The position numbers and the translations under genes were made by a program. Below the pieces are notes generated by a model. That model did no database searches. It worked only from the letters and a program-made list of their open reading frames with translations, and was not told the DNA's origin. From positions 1 through 24,420 of IMG/VR virus record IMGVR_UViG_3300017912_002838: DNA of 24,420 nt. One strand, written 5' to 3'. The stretch is from a virus (Duplodnaviria; Caudoviricetes). Within the stretch, counting starts at the first letter, position 1. Each line of letters starts with the position of its first letter. Positions 15,716 to 24,420 of this stretch are shown here, piece after piece.

Positions 15716-16325
15716 TTTTACCTCCTTTGGCTTTTTTGATTACTGCTCTTTGCCCTATAAAGGCTCCAAACAGCTCTGTTGGAAAAAACGAAGACTCTGT
15801 GCCTTCAATCATTTCCTTAATAAATTTGCGTAAAGTGCTTGGCTCAACTTTCTCTACCTGTTCTACCGGTAGTTGAAGTCCTTTCTCCTGGAGAAACTTT
15901 TTACAATGTTCTTTGAAATCTAGTGCCAGTTCATCTTCGCCGGAGCCAAAACTAACAAACACTTGATTTTTAATGTAATCACCATGACCATTATCACGCA
16001 ACCATTTAAAAGCTTCCACTCTATTGTCCACTCTAATAGATCCACCATACAATGGTTTAACAGAAACTTCTTCTCCAGTTGTTAAAACAAACTTTGAGCA
16101 GCCAACTTCTTCCATCATATTAGGTAAATCTTCGTCGGACATTTTGATAAGCTTTTTCTTTTCTTCCTTGGTTTGGTCTTCCAAGTTTGAAACATACTCT
16201 TCCTGTCTGAGAATAGCTTCTGCTAATCCTGTAAGTGTAGACAGGTCCTCGTTACTAAGTCTATGTTCGGAACTATCAGAGGATGGATTTGCATCCGCCT
16301 CCATTTGTTTAAAGATATCATTCAT
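15708..16325 (-). CDS. Conserved phage replication-module protein
   Basis: Coiled coil, then LPNMMEE, AFKWLRDNGHGDYIKN, VEPSTLRKF; AAGGAG RBS. Confidence 0.75.
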   Translation of the reverse strand: MNDIFKQMEADANPSSDSSEHRLSNEDLSTLTGLAEAILRQEEYVSNLEDQTKEEKKKLIKMSDEDLPNMMEEVGCSKFVLTTGEEVSVKPLYGGSIRVDNRVEAFKWLRDNGHGDYIKNQVFVSFGSGEDELALDFKEHCKKFLQEKGLQLPVEQVEKVEPSTLRKFIKEMIEGTESSFFPTELFGAFIGQRAVIKKAKGGKNG

Positions 16326-16361
16326 CTTTTTCTCCTTAAAATTAAAAGACCTTATCAGGCC

Positions 16362-16402
16362 TTGACATATACACTTATATATGTGTATAGTCGCATAGTC
16401 AA
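16362..16402. promoter_or_regulatory. Overlapping divergent sigma70 promoters
   Basis: Plus strand TTGACA(16362)-18-TATAGT(16386); minus strand TTGACT(16402)-17-TATAAG; central inverted repeat TATACAC-8-GTGTATA. Confidence 0.65.
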
Positions 16403-16411
16403 GAGGATAAA

Positions 16412-17860
16412 ATGAAAAAATATAAATTTAAAACAAAACCCTTTAAACACCAGAAGAATGCTCTGCGTGATTCGTGGGACAAGGAGTATTATGCCCTGTT
16501 TATGGAGATGGGTACAGGAAAATCTAAGGTTGCCATAGATACTATGGGTATTTTATATACAGAAGGTAAGATCAACGCTGCTCTAGTTATATCACCAAAA
16601 GGTGTTTACGATAACTGGGTACAAGGCGAGATACCTACACACTTATCTGACAAGATAAATACTAACATGGTGCGATGGCGGCCGTCCTTGGCACAATCTT
16701 TTCAGAAAGCTATGCGCACTCTAGTGTATAATAAATTTAAAGGTCTTAAAATATTTGTGATGAACACAGAGGCTTTGTCTACACCACGTGGTGCCTCTGC
16801 TGCACAAACATTTCTACAAGAAAATAAAAATAACATTGTTATTGTGGATGAAAGCACGACTATAAAAAACAGGTCTGCTAATCGCACACAAAATATTATG
16901 TCTTTAAAACAACTATCCAGGTACAGACGTATACTGACAGGTTCGCCTGTGACACGGAGTCCCTTGGATTTATTTAGTCAATGTATGTTTTTATCCTCTT
17001 ACGCCTTAAACTTTAAAACATTTTATGCTTTTCAAGCCAGATATGGAATCTTGCAGAAAAGAGTCATGGGCCCACGATCTTTTAACGAGGTAGTAGGCTA
17101 CAGGCGTTTAGATGAACTCAACATTAAATTACAAAGATTTAGTAACAGAGTCTTAAAAGAAGAGTGTCTTGATTTGCCGGACAAGATGTACACCACACGT
17201 TTGGTGCCGTTGTCTGCGGATCAAAAGAAAGCGTATGATGAGATGAAACAGCTTGCTTTGACCAGGTTAGATAATGGTGAGTTAAGCACTACACAAAGCG
17301 TTCTTACACAAATCATGCGGTTACAACAGATATGCTGTGGTCATATTCAGGATGACGAGGGCAACACAGTGAGTTTCACAAACGGACGCGTTAACGAATT
17401 GCTAGATGTTTGTGAAGAAGTACAGGGAAAAGCTATCATTTGGGCGACATTTACCTATGACATTCAACAGATAGCGAAGGCCCTGCGCGACCGTTTTGGG
17501 CCCGATTCGGTCGCAACCTACTATGGTGAAACCCCACAAGAAGAGCGTCAGGATATTGTAAAACGATTCCAAGATCCTGAACATCCCCTGCGCTTCTTTG
17601 TGGGGCAGCCTAAAACAGGTGGCTATGGTATTACACTTACAGCGGCTAACACAGTTATATATTACAGTAACAGTTATGACCTTGAGATTAGACTGCAATC
17701 AGAAGATAGAGCGCACCGTATTGGTCAGAAAAATAAGGTCACGTATGTAGATATAATATCACCAGGAACGACTGACGAGAAGATACGAGAGGCTTTAAAA
17801 AGCAAGGTAAACCTAGCGCAGCAAGTATTAGGAGAGGACGCTAAGTCTTGGTTTTCTTAG
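16412..17860 (+). CDS. SNF2-like superfamily 2 helicase
   Basis: MEMGTGKSK, IVDEST, LTGSP, GGYGITLTAA, QSEDRAHRIGQ. Confidence 0.92.
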   Translation: MKKYKFKTKPFKHQKNALRDSWDKEYYALFMEMGTGKSKVAIDTMGILYTEGKINAALVISPKGVYDNWVQGEIPTHLSDKINTNMVRWRPSLAQSFQKAMRTLVYNKFKGLKIFVMNTEALSTPRGASAAQTFLQENKNNIVIVDESTTIKNRSANRTQNIMSLKQLSRYRRILTGSPVTRSPLDLFSQCMFLSSYALNFKTFYAFQARYGILQKRVMGPRSFNEVVGYRRLDELNIKLQRFSNRVLKEECLDLPDKMYTTRLVPLSADQKKAYDEMKQLALTRLDNGELSTTQSVLTQIMRLQQICCGHIQDDEGNTVSFTNGRVNELLDVCEEVQGKAIIWATFTYDIQQIAKALRDRFGPDSVATYYGETPQEERQDIVKRFQDPEHPLRFFVGQPKTGGYGITLTAANTVIYYSNSYDLEIRLQSEDRAHRIGQKNKVTYVDIISPGTTDEKIREALKSKVNLAQQVLGEDAKSWFS

Positions 17861-17966
17861 ACTTCAAAACAGAACGTATAGTTTTTGCTTGTCGTGCGTG
17901 TGTTTTAGAGGCCTTACTTAAACCTTTTGCAACCTTTTTAAGTTTTTTTCGTATTTGCTTAGTCAT
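17841..17966 (-). CDS. Small basic protein (41 aa), not in ORF track
   Basis: MTKQIRKKLKKVAKGLSKASKTHARQAKTIRSVLKSKKTKT*; ATGA-coupled to 17963..18271. Confidence 0.65.
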   Translation of the reverse strand: MTKQIRKKLKKVAKGLSKASKTHARQAKTIRSVLKSKKTKT

Positions 17967-18271
17967 GCTTTTTTGGTCGTCCTCTTTTTCTTTTTATGCT
18001 TGGCTCTGATGTCTTCTTTGGCCGCCCTCGCGATTTGGGCTTGTCTGTTTTTCCCTTGAACTTTGGCTCTTTGCTCAAGGACGGTGAGGATTTGGATTTT
18101 CCTAGCAAACGGTTTATTAACTCTTTTAACCTTAGCAACAGTTGCTTGGGCATCTGCCACAGTGGCAAATTTAATAGAGACGGTGTCTTTTGGGTTTTCA
18201 TCGGTATATAATCTCCTTCCTGATCCTTTTGGTTTTTTACCAGTGCCTTTGAGCGGATCTTTCTTAGCCAC
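17963..18271 (-). CDS. Conserved basic phage protein
   Basis: KDPLKGTGKKPKGSGRRLYTDENPKDTVSIKFAT motif seen in marine phages; GTG start overlapping the upstream gene end. Confidence 0.8.
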   Translation of the reverse strand: MAKKDPLKGTGKKPKGSGRRLYTDENPKDTVSIKFATVADAQATVAKVKRVNKPFARKIQILTVLEQRAKVQGKNRQAQIARAAKEDIRAKHKKKKRTTKKA

Positions 18272-21200
18272 GTAAACTACCTATACCTTCTATTAAAGCG
18301 GCATCCTCCGGGAAAAGAGCCGCGAAGCGTTTCCTGTTTACGGGTTGTGTGTTGGGCACAGGATTAAGTGTTGGTGATACCATGGATATGTTTGTTGCCG
18401 GCGGCGCATCTCTCTGCACAGGTCTATTTTGATCGGTAATATCTTGAACACCTGATGTTGTTGCCTCTTCTTCCTCATCTACAGGAGGGACCATGGGCCC
18501 TGGTTCTATGGTAACACCGGCCGCTTTTGGTAACTGCATTCCAACGGTATATCCTCTTTTCGATACATAATCTAAGATATACTGAGCAATGGCTCTGTTC
18601 TCTTGTGGTGTTTTACCCTTACGCAAAGCAGCAACAAGCAAGGTAGGATTGGATATCATATCTTTTAATAAATCCATTTTCAAAATGTTTGGAGTATTAA
18701 GAAGAACACTTCTGTAGGTATCTCTAAACGCAGCAGCACCTCTACCGGCAGCAATCAACTGAGCGCCTGTGCCGCCACCTGTCAACATTTGTTGAACACG
18801 TGTACCGACGCTTGAACCAAGAACACTTAGAACCAAATCTGCTCCAGGTCCTAATTGTGCCATAAGACCCTCAACGTCTTCTCCTGAACCGCCTTGCATT
18901 ACAGTGCCCTCAAATTCAATCATGCGTAGAAACATCTCTTCAATGTTTTTCATCTCTACTTCACTAAACACTTTGTTTTTTACAGCCCAGTCAGCAATAG
19001 ATATTTTATCTTTAGACCTATCTCTAACACCAAACATTGTTCGATAGTAAGCTAAAGGATTTGGTTTTCCACCTCTACCGTTAAGCAACACTGATTCTAA
19101 CAAAGCTGATTTAAATCCTTGAATAGCGTCTTTCTTGAGAAACCCTACATTCTCATAACGTCCTTTAAACTCATCTGGTGCTTTTTTTACTACTTTCCAC
19201 AAAGCGTCCAGATTAGAAATAGGTCTATTCGACATAGGGTCTATAGCTTTTGCTATTACCGTAGTTGGCGACTCATCTTTATTACCAAGCAGCGCATAGA
19301 AGGAAAACATCTCTTTTTGCTCATTTGTTCTGGTGCGTGCTTGAATTTTAGCCTCTTCAAACATCGCCAATTTAGAGTCGTTTCCTTTTACAATATCATT
19401 AATGTCTTCAAGTAAGTCCGGATAAGATTTAAGTAATAGTTTATTTTCACTTTTTTGTGTCCATTTCAATAAACTTTGAGCCTGTACCTTCGCAGGATCG
19501 TCTTCATTAAAAGCCTCCGCCCGAATGATACGTAAAACATTTTCTTTTGTGGCACGTAAATCTATAGCGCCGTACACAGTGTTGAGAAGGTTGTTGTAAA
19601 GAGTATCGCCTTCTACAGCTTTTACTTTTTTGCCTACCTTAATATATTTAATACCAGGTATATTCTCTAATTCTTCTTTATTATTTTTAAGAAACTTTCT
19701 TAATTTTACAAAATCAAATGTGCCCGTTTTATTTTTTGTTTTATCTAATTGTTTTAACAGTTTATCTTTTTGCGTTTGAACTGCCGGTATTTGAGAAAAT
19801 CGTCCCAACCCAGATTCCATTGCTGCGGTAATTTGTGTGTTCATTTGGAACTGACCCATTTGATCTAATTCTAATGACCGCCTATAAGCAGCACCTCCTC
19901 CCATAAGATTTCTTGCGACTTGCTCAGGATCCATTTTAAGATTACCGGCCTTTGTTTTGGCAACAATATCGCCTACATAGCTTCGTGTATATACATCTTT
20001 TAAGGCTTTTGTGTATGCTCTTGCAATGTCATATTCTGTATTGGTGCCCTCCGGAAAACTGTCAAGATCGCGCTCAATTGCAGACGCAAACTGACCAACT
20101 ATATCGTTAATTTTATTACTGTCTGGATTAGCTCTACCAATGTCTAAAGCTGCACTTCGCATTGATATTAACTCGCCCACTGTGACGGGTTTAAATTCAA
20201 AATCGTCTCCGGAAACAGGTGCATCGGGCGTTTGTGATCTTTGTTGTTTTTCAATCAGAGCTTTCCTCACACTGTCTGCCAAACCAGAGGATATCTTCAT
20301 ATTTTTAATTTCAAAGTCTGCAAATACTTTTCTATCACTTCTATCCGGGCTTAATCTCTTGGCTAGTCTTCCTAACTTTTCAACAGCATCGTCTATACCT
20401 TCATTTGGCACAGCGTTTAATATTGTGTTTATGTCGGTGGCCTCTATGTTTTCATCGCTAATAATACCCTCTTCTACTAAACCTCTAAGGAACCTAGCGC
20501 GTCCATTAGTTCCTCTCGATTCTTCAAAAATCTTTTGAAAATTGGTAAAAGCCTTACCACTTCCAGGTGTCTGTATTCCCTCAGCAGAGGTGTTCAAAGG
20601 GACATTTAAACCCAACTCGTTTCGTTTTCTTTCCGTAAATCTAATTAAAGACGAAACGATCTGTGCCTCTTTTTCCCAAGATTCTGGTGCATCTTTTTTG
20701 TTGAATATGTCGTCCCAAACCGACATAAAGTTGGGAACATCAGTCTGATCACCGTTTTCGTCTATAAAAGAGGTAATTTCAATATCATCGCCGACTGCTT
20801 TCCAAAGCTTTCTACCCCTGGCAGCGTCCTCTATTTTATTTCGTAGTAAATTCTTTTGGATTGCGTCACCTAGATCTGAAAGAGATTCTACTGAAAACTC
20901 GTTATCTCTTCCGCCTTTAAGTTGAACAAAAGCTCGCATCAATGCATTGTTAGATTGATCCAAGCCTTTTTGAAGATCGTTCTCAAAAGCCATTTTTGTA
21001 AGCTCCGCAGCTTTTCTTACCATCAGTGGATCTCCTGTAGCGTACATGGCAAGAATAGAGTTTCTATAAGCCTCTATAGCTTGTTCATTAGCTTTACCTC
21101 TCTGCTGTCCAAGATTTAAACTCGTTGCTTCAAGTGCTTTTTCTAAACCAAGTATAATAGGACTTCTTGAGGCAACACCTGCTGTGATCTGCGGCACCGG

Positions 21201-22496
21201 TATACCTTTCTCTGCTGCATATGCACTTAACGCTTTATTGAGATTTTTATCCGACAGGTTGTTTATAATCTCGTTAATGTGTGCTTGAGCATCTTTTCGT
21301 CCCTCTGGTGAGTCGGGAAACTGTTTATATATTGTCTCGATAAGAAAATTTTGAACATTTCTTTGATTTCTACCTTTAAAAGAATCTTTTATATCGGACA
21401 GGGCAGGTAGTAATCCTTTCTCTGTAATGCCCTCATAGAGCATTGTGCCACCTTTAATGGTGGAGCCAATAGTACCAAATATTATGTCTGAAGCAAGTCC
21501 ACCTGAAACTCCGCCTCCAAGCTCTGATAATAATTGTCCGACAGGTCCGGCCCCGGCCTCTACAGCCGCTGTTCCGGCGGCAGTGGATCCAACTAATGCA
21601 GCTGTTTCAGTGCGATAAAATCTAAATGGGTTTGCCTTGGCTTCTGCTTTCATATTCATAAGTAAATTTTCGGTGCCTCTGGTTAGTTTAAAACCAAGCG
21701 GGATCTTTACTTTCATTTTTCCTGTAATTTTGCTTTTAACCATTTTTACTGGCGTGTATGCAGATTGATTATTAGATAAAATATTAAGAGCGCCTAAGTT
21801 AACCTTGTCACTAATAAATTTTGGTTGAAAAACATAAGGTAAATTTTCTGTTAAAATTTGACCAAAAGTTTCTCCTGCTGTAGTGCTCGGTAAAACAAGT
21901 CTTGTATCGGGAAAAATAGACTCTTGTAAATTTCTTGCAGTGGTCTGTGCCGCTACAGCTGCTATAGTACCGGTAACTAAAGGAGTGCCTGCTCTAATTA
22001 AAAACTGTGGTAAAGTCAAAGGAACAGCTGTAAGTGGATTAGCCTGTAGTAAAGCGTTTGTTTTTGCCGCAGCTAAATTAAAGGCTGCAAAACCGGCAGC
22101 ACCTGGCACAGTGCCTTTTTTTGCACCTTGTAAAAAATCACCTGTTTGTACAAAATCTCCAGTGTCTTTATTTTTAACAAAAAGCTGTAGTATTTGCTGT
22201 GATGTTAAAGCTCTTTGATTAGGTGGTTTATCTTTTTCGTCTGGTAAAGTGTCAAACCATCCCGCCGTACCATTAACCAATCCTTGATAGCTTATAAAAT
22301 CAGGTAACCCAGGATTAAATTTTTGCAGTTGATTAGCCACAACTTGAGATACAATTGTTTCTGGGTCCATACCAAAATATTTTGATTGTTTATTTTCAGA
22401 CTCGGAACCGGCAACCTCTAAGCTTCTCTCAAACTCTTGTTTAGAATAATTAAGCGTTGGATACGGATTAGTTATCATAGGTACATTCATATCCAT
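18264..22496 (-). CDS. Large putative internal virion / ejection protein (1410 aa)
   Basis: Long helical ORF with Gly/Ala-rich hydrophobic segments and C-terminal RFAALFPED...GIGSL; end of the structural module. Function inferred. Confidence 0.6.
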   Translation of the reverse strand: MDMNVPMITNPYPTLNYSKQEFERSLEVAGSESENKQSKYFGMDPETIVSQVVANQLQKFNPGLPDFISYQGLVNGTAGWFDTLPDEKDKPPNQRALTSQQILQLFVKNKDTGDFVQTGDFLQGAKKGTVPGAAGFAAFNLAAAKTNALLQANPLTAVPLTLPQFLIRAGTPLVTGTIAAVAAQTTARNLQESIFPDTRLVLPSTTAGETFGQILTENLPYVFQPKFISDKVNLGALNILSNNQSAYTPVKMVKSKITGKMKVKIPLGFKLTRGTENLLMNMKAEAKANPFRFYRTETAALVGSTAAGTAAVEAGAGPVGQLLSELGGGVSGGLASDIIFGTIGSTIKGGTMLYEGITEKGLLPALSDIKDSFKGRNQRNVQNFLIETIYKQFPDSPEGRKDAQAHINEIINNLSDKNLNKALSAYAAEKGIPVPQITAGVASRSPIILGLEKALEATSLNLGQQRGKANEQAIEAYRNSILAMYATGDPLMVRKAAELTKMAFENDLQKGLDQSNNALMRAFVQLKGGRDNEFSVESLSDLGDAIQKNLLRNKIEDAARGRKLWKAVGDDIEITSFIDENGDQTDVPNFMSVWDDIFNKKDAPESWEKEAQIVSSLIRFTERKRNELGLNVPLNTSAEGIQTPGSGKAFTNFQKIFEESRGTNGRARFLRGLVEEGIISDENIEATDINTILNAVPNEGIDDAVEKLGRLAKRLSPDRSDRKVFADFEIKNMKISSGLADSVRKALIEKQQRSQTPDAPVSGDDFEFKPVTVGELISMRSAALDIGRANPDSNKINDIVGQFASAIERDLDSFPEGTNTEYDIARAYTKALKDVYTRSYVGDIVAKTKAGNLKMDPEQVARNLMGGGAAYRRSLELDQMGQFQMNTQITAAMESGLGRFSQIPAVQTQKDKLLKQLDKTKNKTGTFDFVKLRKFLKNNKEELENIPGIKYIKVGKKVKAVEGDTLYNNLLNTVYGAIDLRATKENVLRIIRAEAFNEDDPAKVQAQSLLKWTQKSENKLLLKSYPDLLEDINDIVKGNDSKLAMFEEAKIQARTRTNEQKEMFSFYALLGNKDESPTTVIAKAIDPMSNRPISNLDALWKVVKKAPDEFKGRYENVGFLKKDAIQGFKSALLESVLLNGRGGKPNPLAYYRTMFGVRDRSKDKISIADWAVKNKVFSEVEMKNIEEMFLRMIEFEGTVMQGGSGEDVEGLMAQLGPGADLVLSVLGSSVGTRVQQMLTGGGTGAQLIAAGRGAAAFRDTYRSVLLNTPNILKMDLLKDMISNPTLLVAALRKGKTPQENRAIAQYILDYVSKRGYTVGMQLPKAAGVTIEPGPMVPPVDEEEEATTSGVQDITDQNRPVQRDAPPATNISMVSPTLNPVPNTQPVNRKRFAALFPEDAALIEGIGSLRG

Positions 22497-24419
22497 TTAG
22501 TTTGTCTCCCCTGCTGCGCCCCGTGCTATGGATTCTAATTCTTGAATATTCTCAATGGTAGACTGAGAAACACCACCAGTGCTACCTGTGTTTACGCCTC
22601 GTAGCAATGAAAGCAATCTTCTTATCTCTAAATTGTTGGCCTCAACATCTTTTCTTAAATCTTTACTAAGACCTCCCTCCGCAATCTTTTCTAAGTTTAT
22701 TCGTAAAACTTCTTGCGCTCTCATTTTAAGATTTATAAATTTTTGTGCTTCACTTTCAGGGTCTTTTAAGAAAGCATCTGGATCAGGAAATAACACACCG
22801 ACTTGTGCCATTTCTGCAACAGGAAACTTGTTGTTTACAACAAGTGCAGACCTACCTAACACACGTATGGCCCTCAAATATTGCTTAGCTTGTTGTGTTT
22901 TTGTTCCAAAATTACGTATAAAATCTGGTGTTAAAAACCCAGGAATAATACTACTAGCATTATCAAGTAAAGCAGTAATCGCGGAATAAAAACCTGTGCC
23001 CTTTCTAGCCATTTCAAGTGCATCTTGCACCGCTACAATATCAGCACGTGTTTGACCCGTTCCACCGGTATTGGTGCTGTTGTTTTCAGGACTCCACTCA
23101 CCAGATACACCACTTCTTGTGATTATATTTAATACTGTTCCGTCTAATGCACGCAATTCTTCCTTAGCTTTTCGTACAGCTTTTGTGCTCTTTACAACGT
23201 CAAAGGTTGTGGTGTCACTGAGCGGCACCGCTCCTTTTGGTATTGCTTTGACATTCCCGCCTTCATCAGTAAAAGTTTTACCATTGTCGTAGCTAACAAA
23301 TAATTCATTGTCTTTATAGAATGCTTTAGGAGTAACCTCTCCCGTTACAGTTGTAACATTTGCTGATCTATTTGGATCGGCAAGAGCTTTGTTAAAATTC
23401 TTTAAGAATGCATCAAAGTTTGGATCATTAATATCAATTACTTGTTCAACGCCATCTATTGTAAATTTCCTAATATTTGCCGGTTTACCAAGCTTTTCAC
23501 CACCGATAACTTTTGGAGCTTGTCCCTCGACAACCTCATATATCTCACCGTCAATGACTTTAATGTCTCTTTCTGGGGCTAAACCAAGCAACTTATTCTT
23601 AAACTCACCAGAAAGATTATTAAATGCCTCTTGATCCATACCAAATTTTTGGAAATAATCTTTTCCGGTCACTACAGGAAGACCTTGTAGGTATTGTCTT
23701 GTCTCAAGCGGCAACGCCTCAAAAGCCTCACGTTTCATACCAAACTTACTAAAGAAGTCTTTTTCTGTGATTACGGGCAACCCTGTTAAGAAAGCTTTGT
23801 TCTCTGGACTAAGAGCCTCAAACTCTTTTTTGTTAAATCCAAACTTAACAAAATAGTCTTTATCGGTTATGACAGGCAGTCCTGCAAGTATCTTCTTTTC
23901 AGGTCCGGATAACGCATCGTACTCTGCCTTAGACATTTTAAATGTTTTTCTATAATAATCTTCGCCATAAACCGGTATACCCTGTAAAAGTTTCCTGGTA
24001 TTTTCGTCTAAGGCAAAAAAGGTATCTTTGTCCATTCCAAACTTGTTAAAGTAATCTTTATCAGTAACTGCTTCCTCTTCTTTTAAAGTAATAGGCTTGC
24101 CCTCTTGCCAATCGCCCGGATTGTTCTCTAACCATTTATTGAAATTTATTTCAAAGTTCGCATCGTTTTTATCAAAAATAGGAGAAAACTCGCCTGTTTT
24201 TTTGTCTTTAAATTGTACATTGAAAGCTTTTGTACTACCGGCAGGCTTAGAACTAACCTTATATATAACGCCTCCGGCTTCATTTACCTTTTGTTTTACA
24301 GCTTTTGCATCTGCACCTGTTTCATAAAAGTATATATTCTGCCCTCCAGGGATTTCTGCAACCATCAAATCACCACTTGCCACCTTTGCTTTTGCGTTAG
24401 CTAACGCTATTGCATCAGC
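22497..24419 (-). CDS. Putative internal virion protein, N-terminus beyond window
   Basis: Frame stays open past 24383 (ADAIALANAKAKVASG) to the window edge; contains five 33-aa repeats. Confidence 0.6.
   Translation of the reverse strand, partial: ADAIALANAKAKVASGDLMVAEIPGGQNIYFYETGADAKAVKQKVNEAGGVIYKVSSKPAGSTKAFNVQFKDKKTGEFSPIFDKNDANFEINFNKWLENNPGDWQEGKPITLKEEEAVTDKDYFNKFGMDKDTFFALDENTRKLLQGIPVYGEDYYRKTFKMSKAEYDALSGPEKKILAGLPVITDKDYFVKFGFNKKEFEALSPENKAFLTGLPVITEKDFFSKFGMKREAFEALPLETRQYLQGLPVVTGKDYFQKFGMDQEAFNNLSGEFKNKLLGLAPERDIKVIDGEIYEVVEGQAPKVIGGEKLGKPANIRKFTIDGVEQVIDINDPNFDAFLKNFNKALADPNRSANVTTVTGEVTPKAFYKDNELFVSYDNGKTFTDEGGNVKAIPKGAVPLSDTTTFDVVKSTKAVRKAKEELRALDGTVLNIITRSGVSGEWSPENNSTNTGGTGQTRADIVAVQDALEMARKGTGFYSAITALLDNASSIIPGFLTPDFIRNFGTKTQQAKQYLRAIRVLGRSALVVNNKFPVAEMAQVGVLFPDPDAFLKDPESEAQKFINLKMRAQEVLRINLEKIAEGGLSKDLRKDVEANNLEIRRLLSLLRGVNTGSTGGVSQSTIENIQELESIARGAAGETN
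23571..24065 (-). repeat. Five tandem 33-aa (99-bp) coding repeats
   Basis: Consensus TDKDYFxKFGMxKxxFxALxxExKxxLxGLPVI. Confidence 0.9.
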
Positions 24420-24420
24420 A

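Noticed and set aside
9358-16365. Short alternative-frame and antisense ORFs within polA, helicase, primase and SSB
   Set aside because: Shadows of well-supported genes with no motifs.
16702-17698. Minus-strand ORFs inside the SNF2 helicase
   Set aside because: Antisense shadows.
19119-24404. Plus-strand ORFs opposite the large virion genes
   Set aside because: Antisense shadows with Ser/Phe/Leu-rich composition.
1-24420. tRNA, rRNA, integrase, intron or intein
   Set aside because: None recognised by eye; PolA, helicases and TerL have normal lengths without insertions.

Overview
A 24.4 kb piece of a ~40% GC tailed dsDNA bacteriophage genome. The gene set and order resemble marine alphaproteobacterial podoviruses of the HTVC023P/CRP-901 kind (inference from gene content only). 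Almost all genes are on the minus strand. Left to right: terminase large subunit (truncated), VRR-NUC nuclease and terminase small subunit; a ~550 bp non-coding repeat-rich block with a perfect parS palindrome; an accessory/early region (2.9-9.2 kb) of promoter-leader-gene-terminator cassettes that includes a DUF932-like protein and a probable iteron origin; a replication module (PolA with Leu762, UvrD-like helicase, AEP primase, SSB-like protein, divergent SNF2-like helicase); small basic proteins; and two large probable internal virion proteins. Main discovery candidates: (1) a ~70-nt stand-alone small RNA (sigma70 promoter, 5' stem, anti-Shine-Dalgarno seed, intrinsic terminator) complementary to a conserved AACUAACUA..GGAG leader on six early genes, suggesting a phage-encoded trans-acting sRNA regulon; (2) a host-type parS site beside a graded, strand-biased CCWGG/GCWGC-enriched zone; (3) an unannotated ribbon-helix-helix gene with candidate 10-bp-phased operators in early promoters. 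All counts are by hand and all family calls are from memory of motifs, not database searches.
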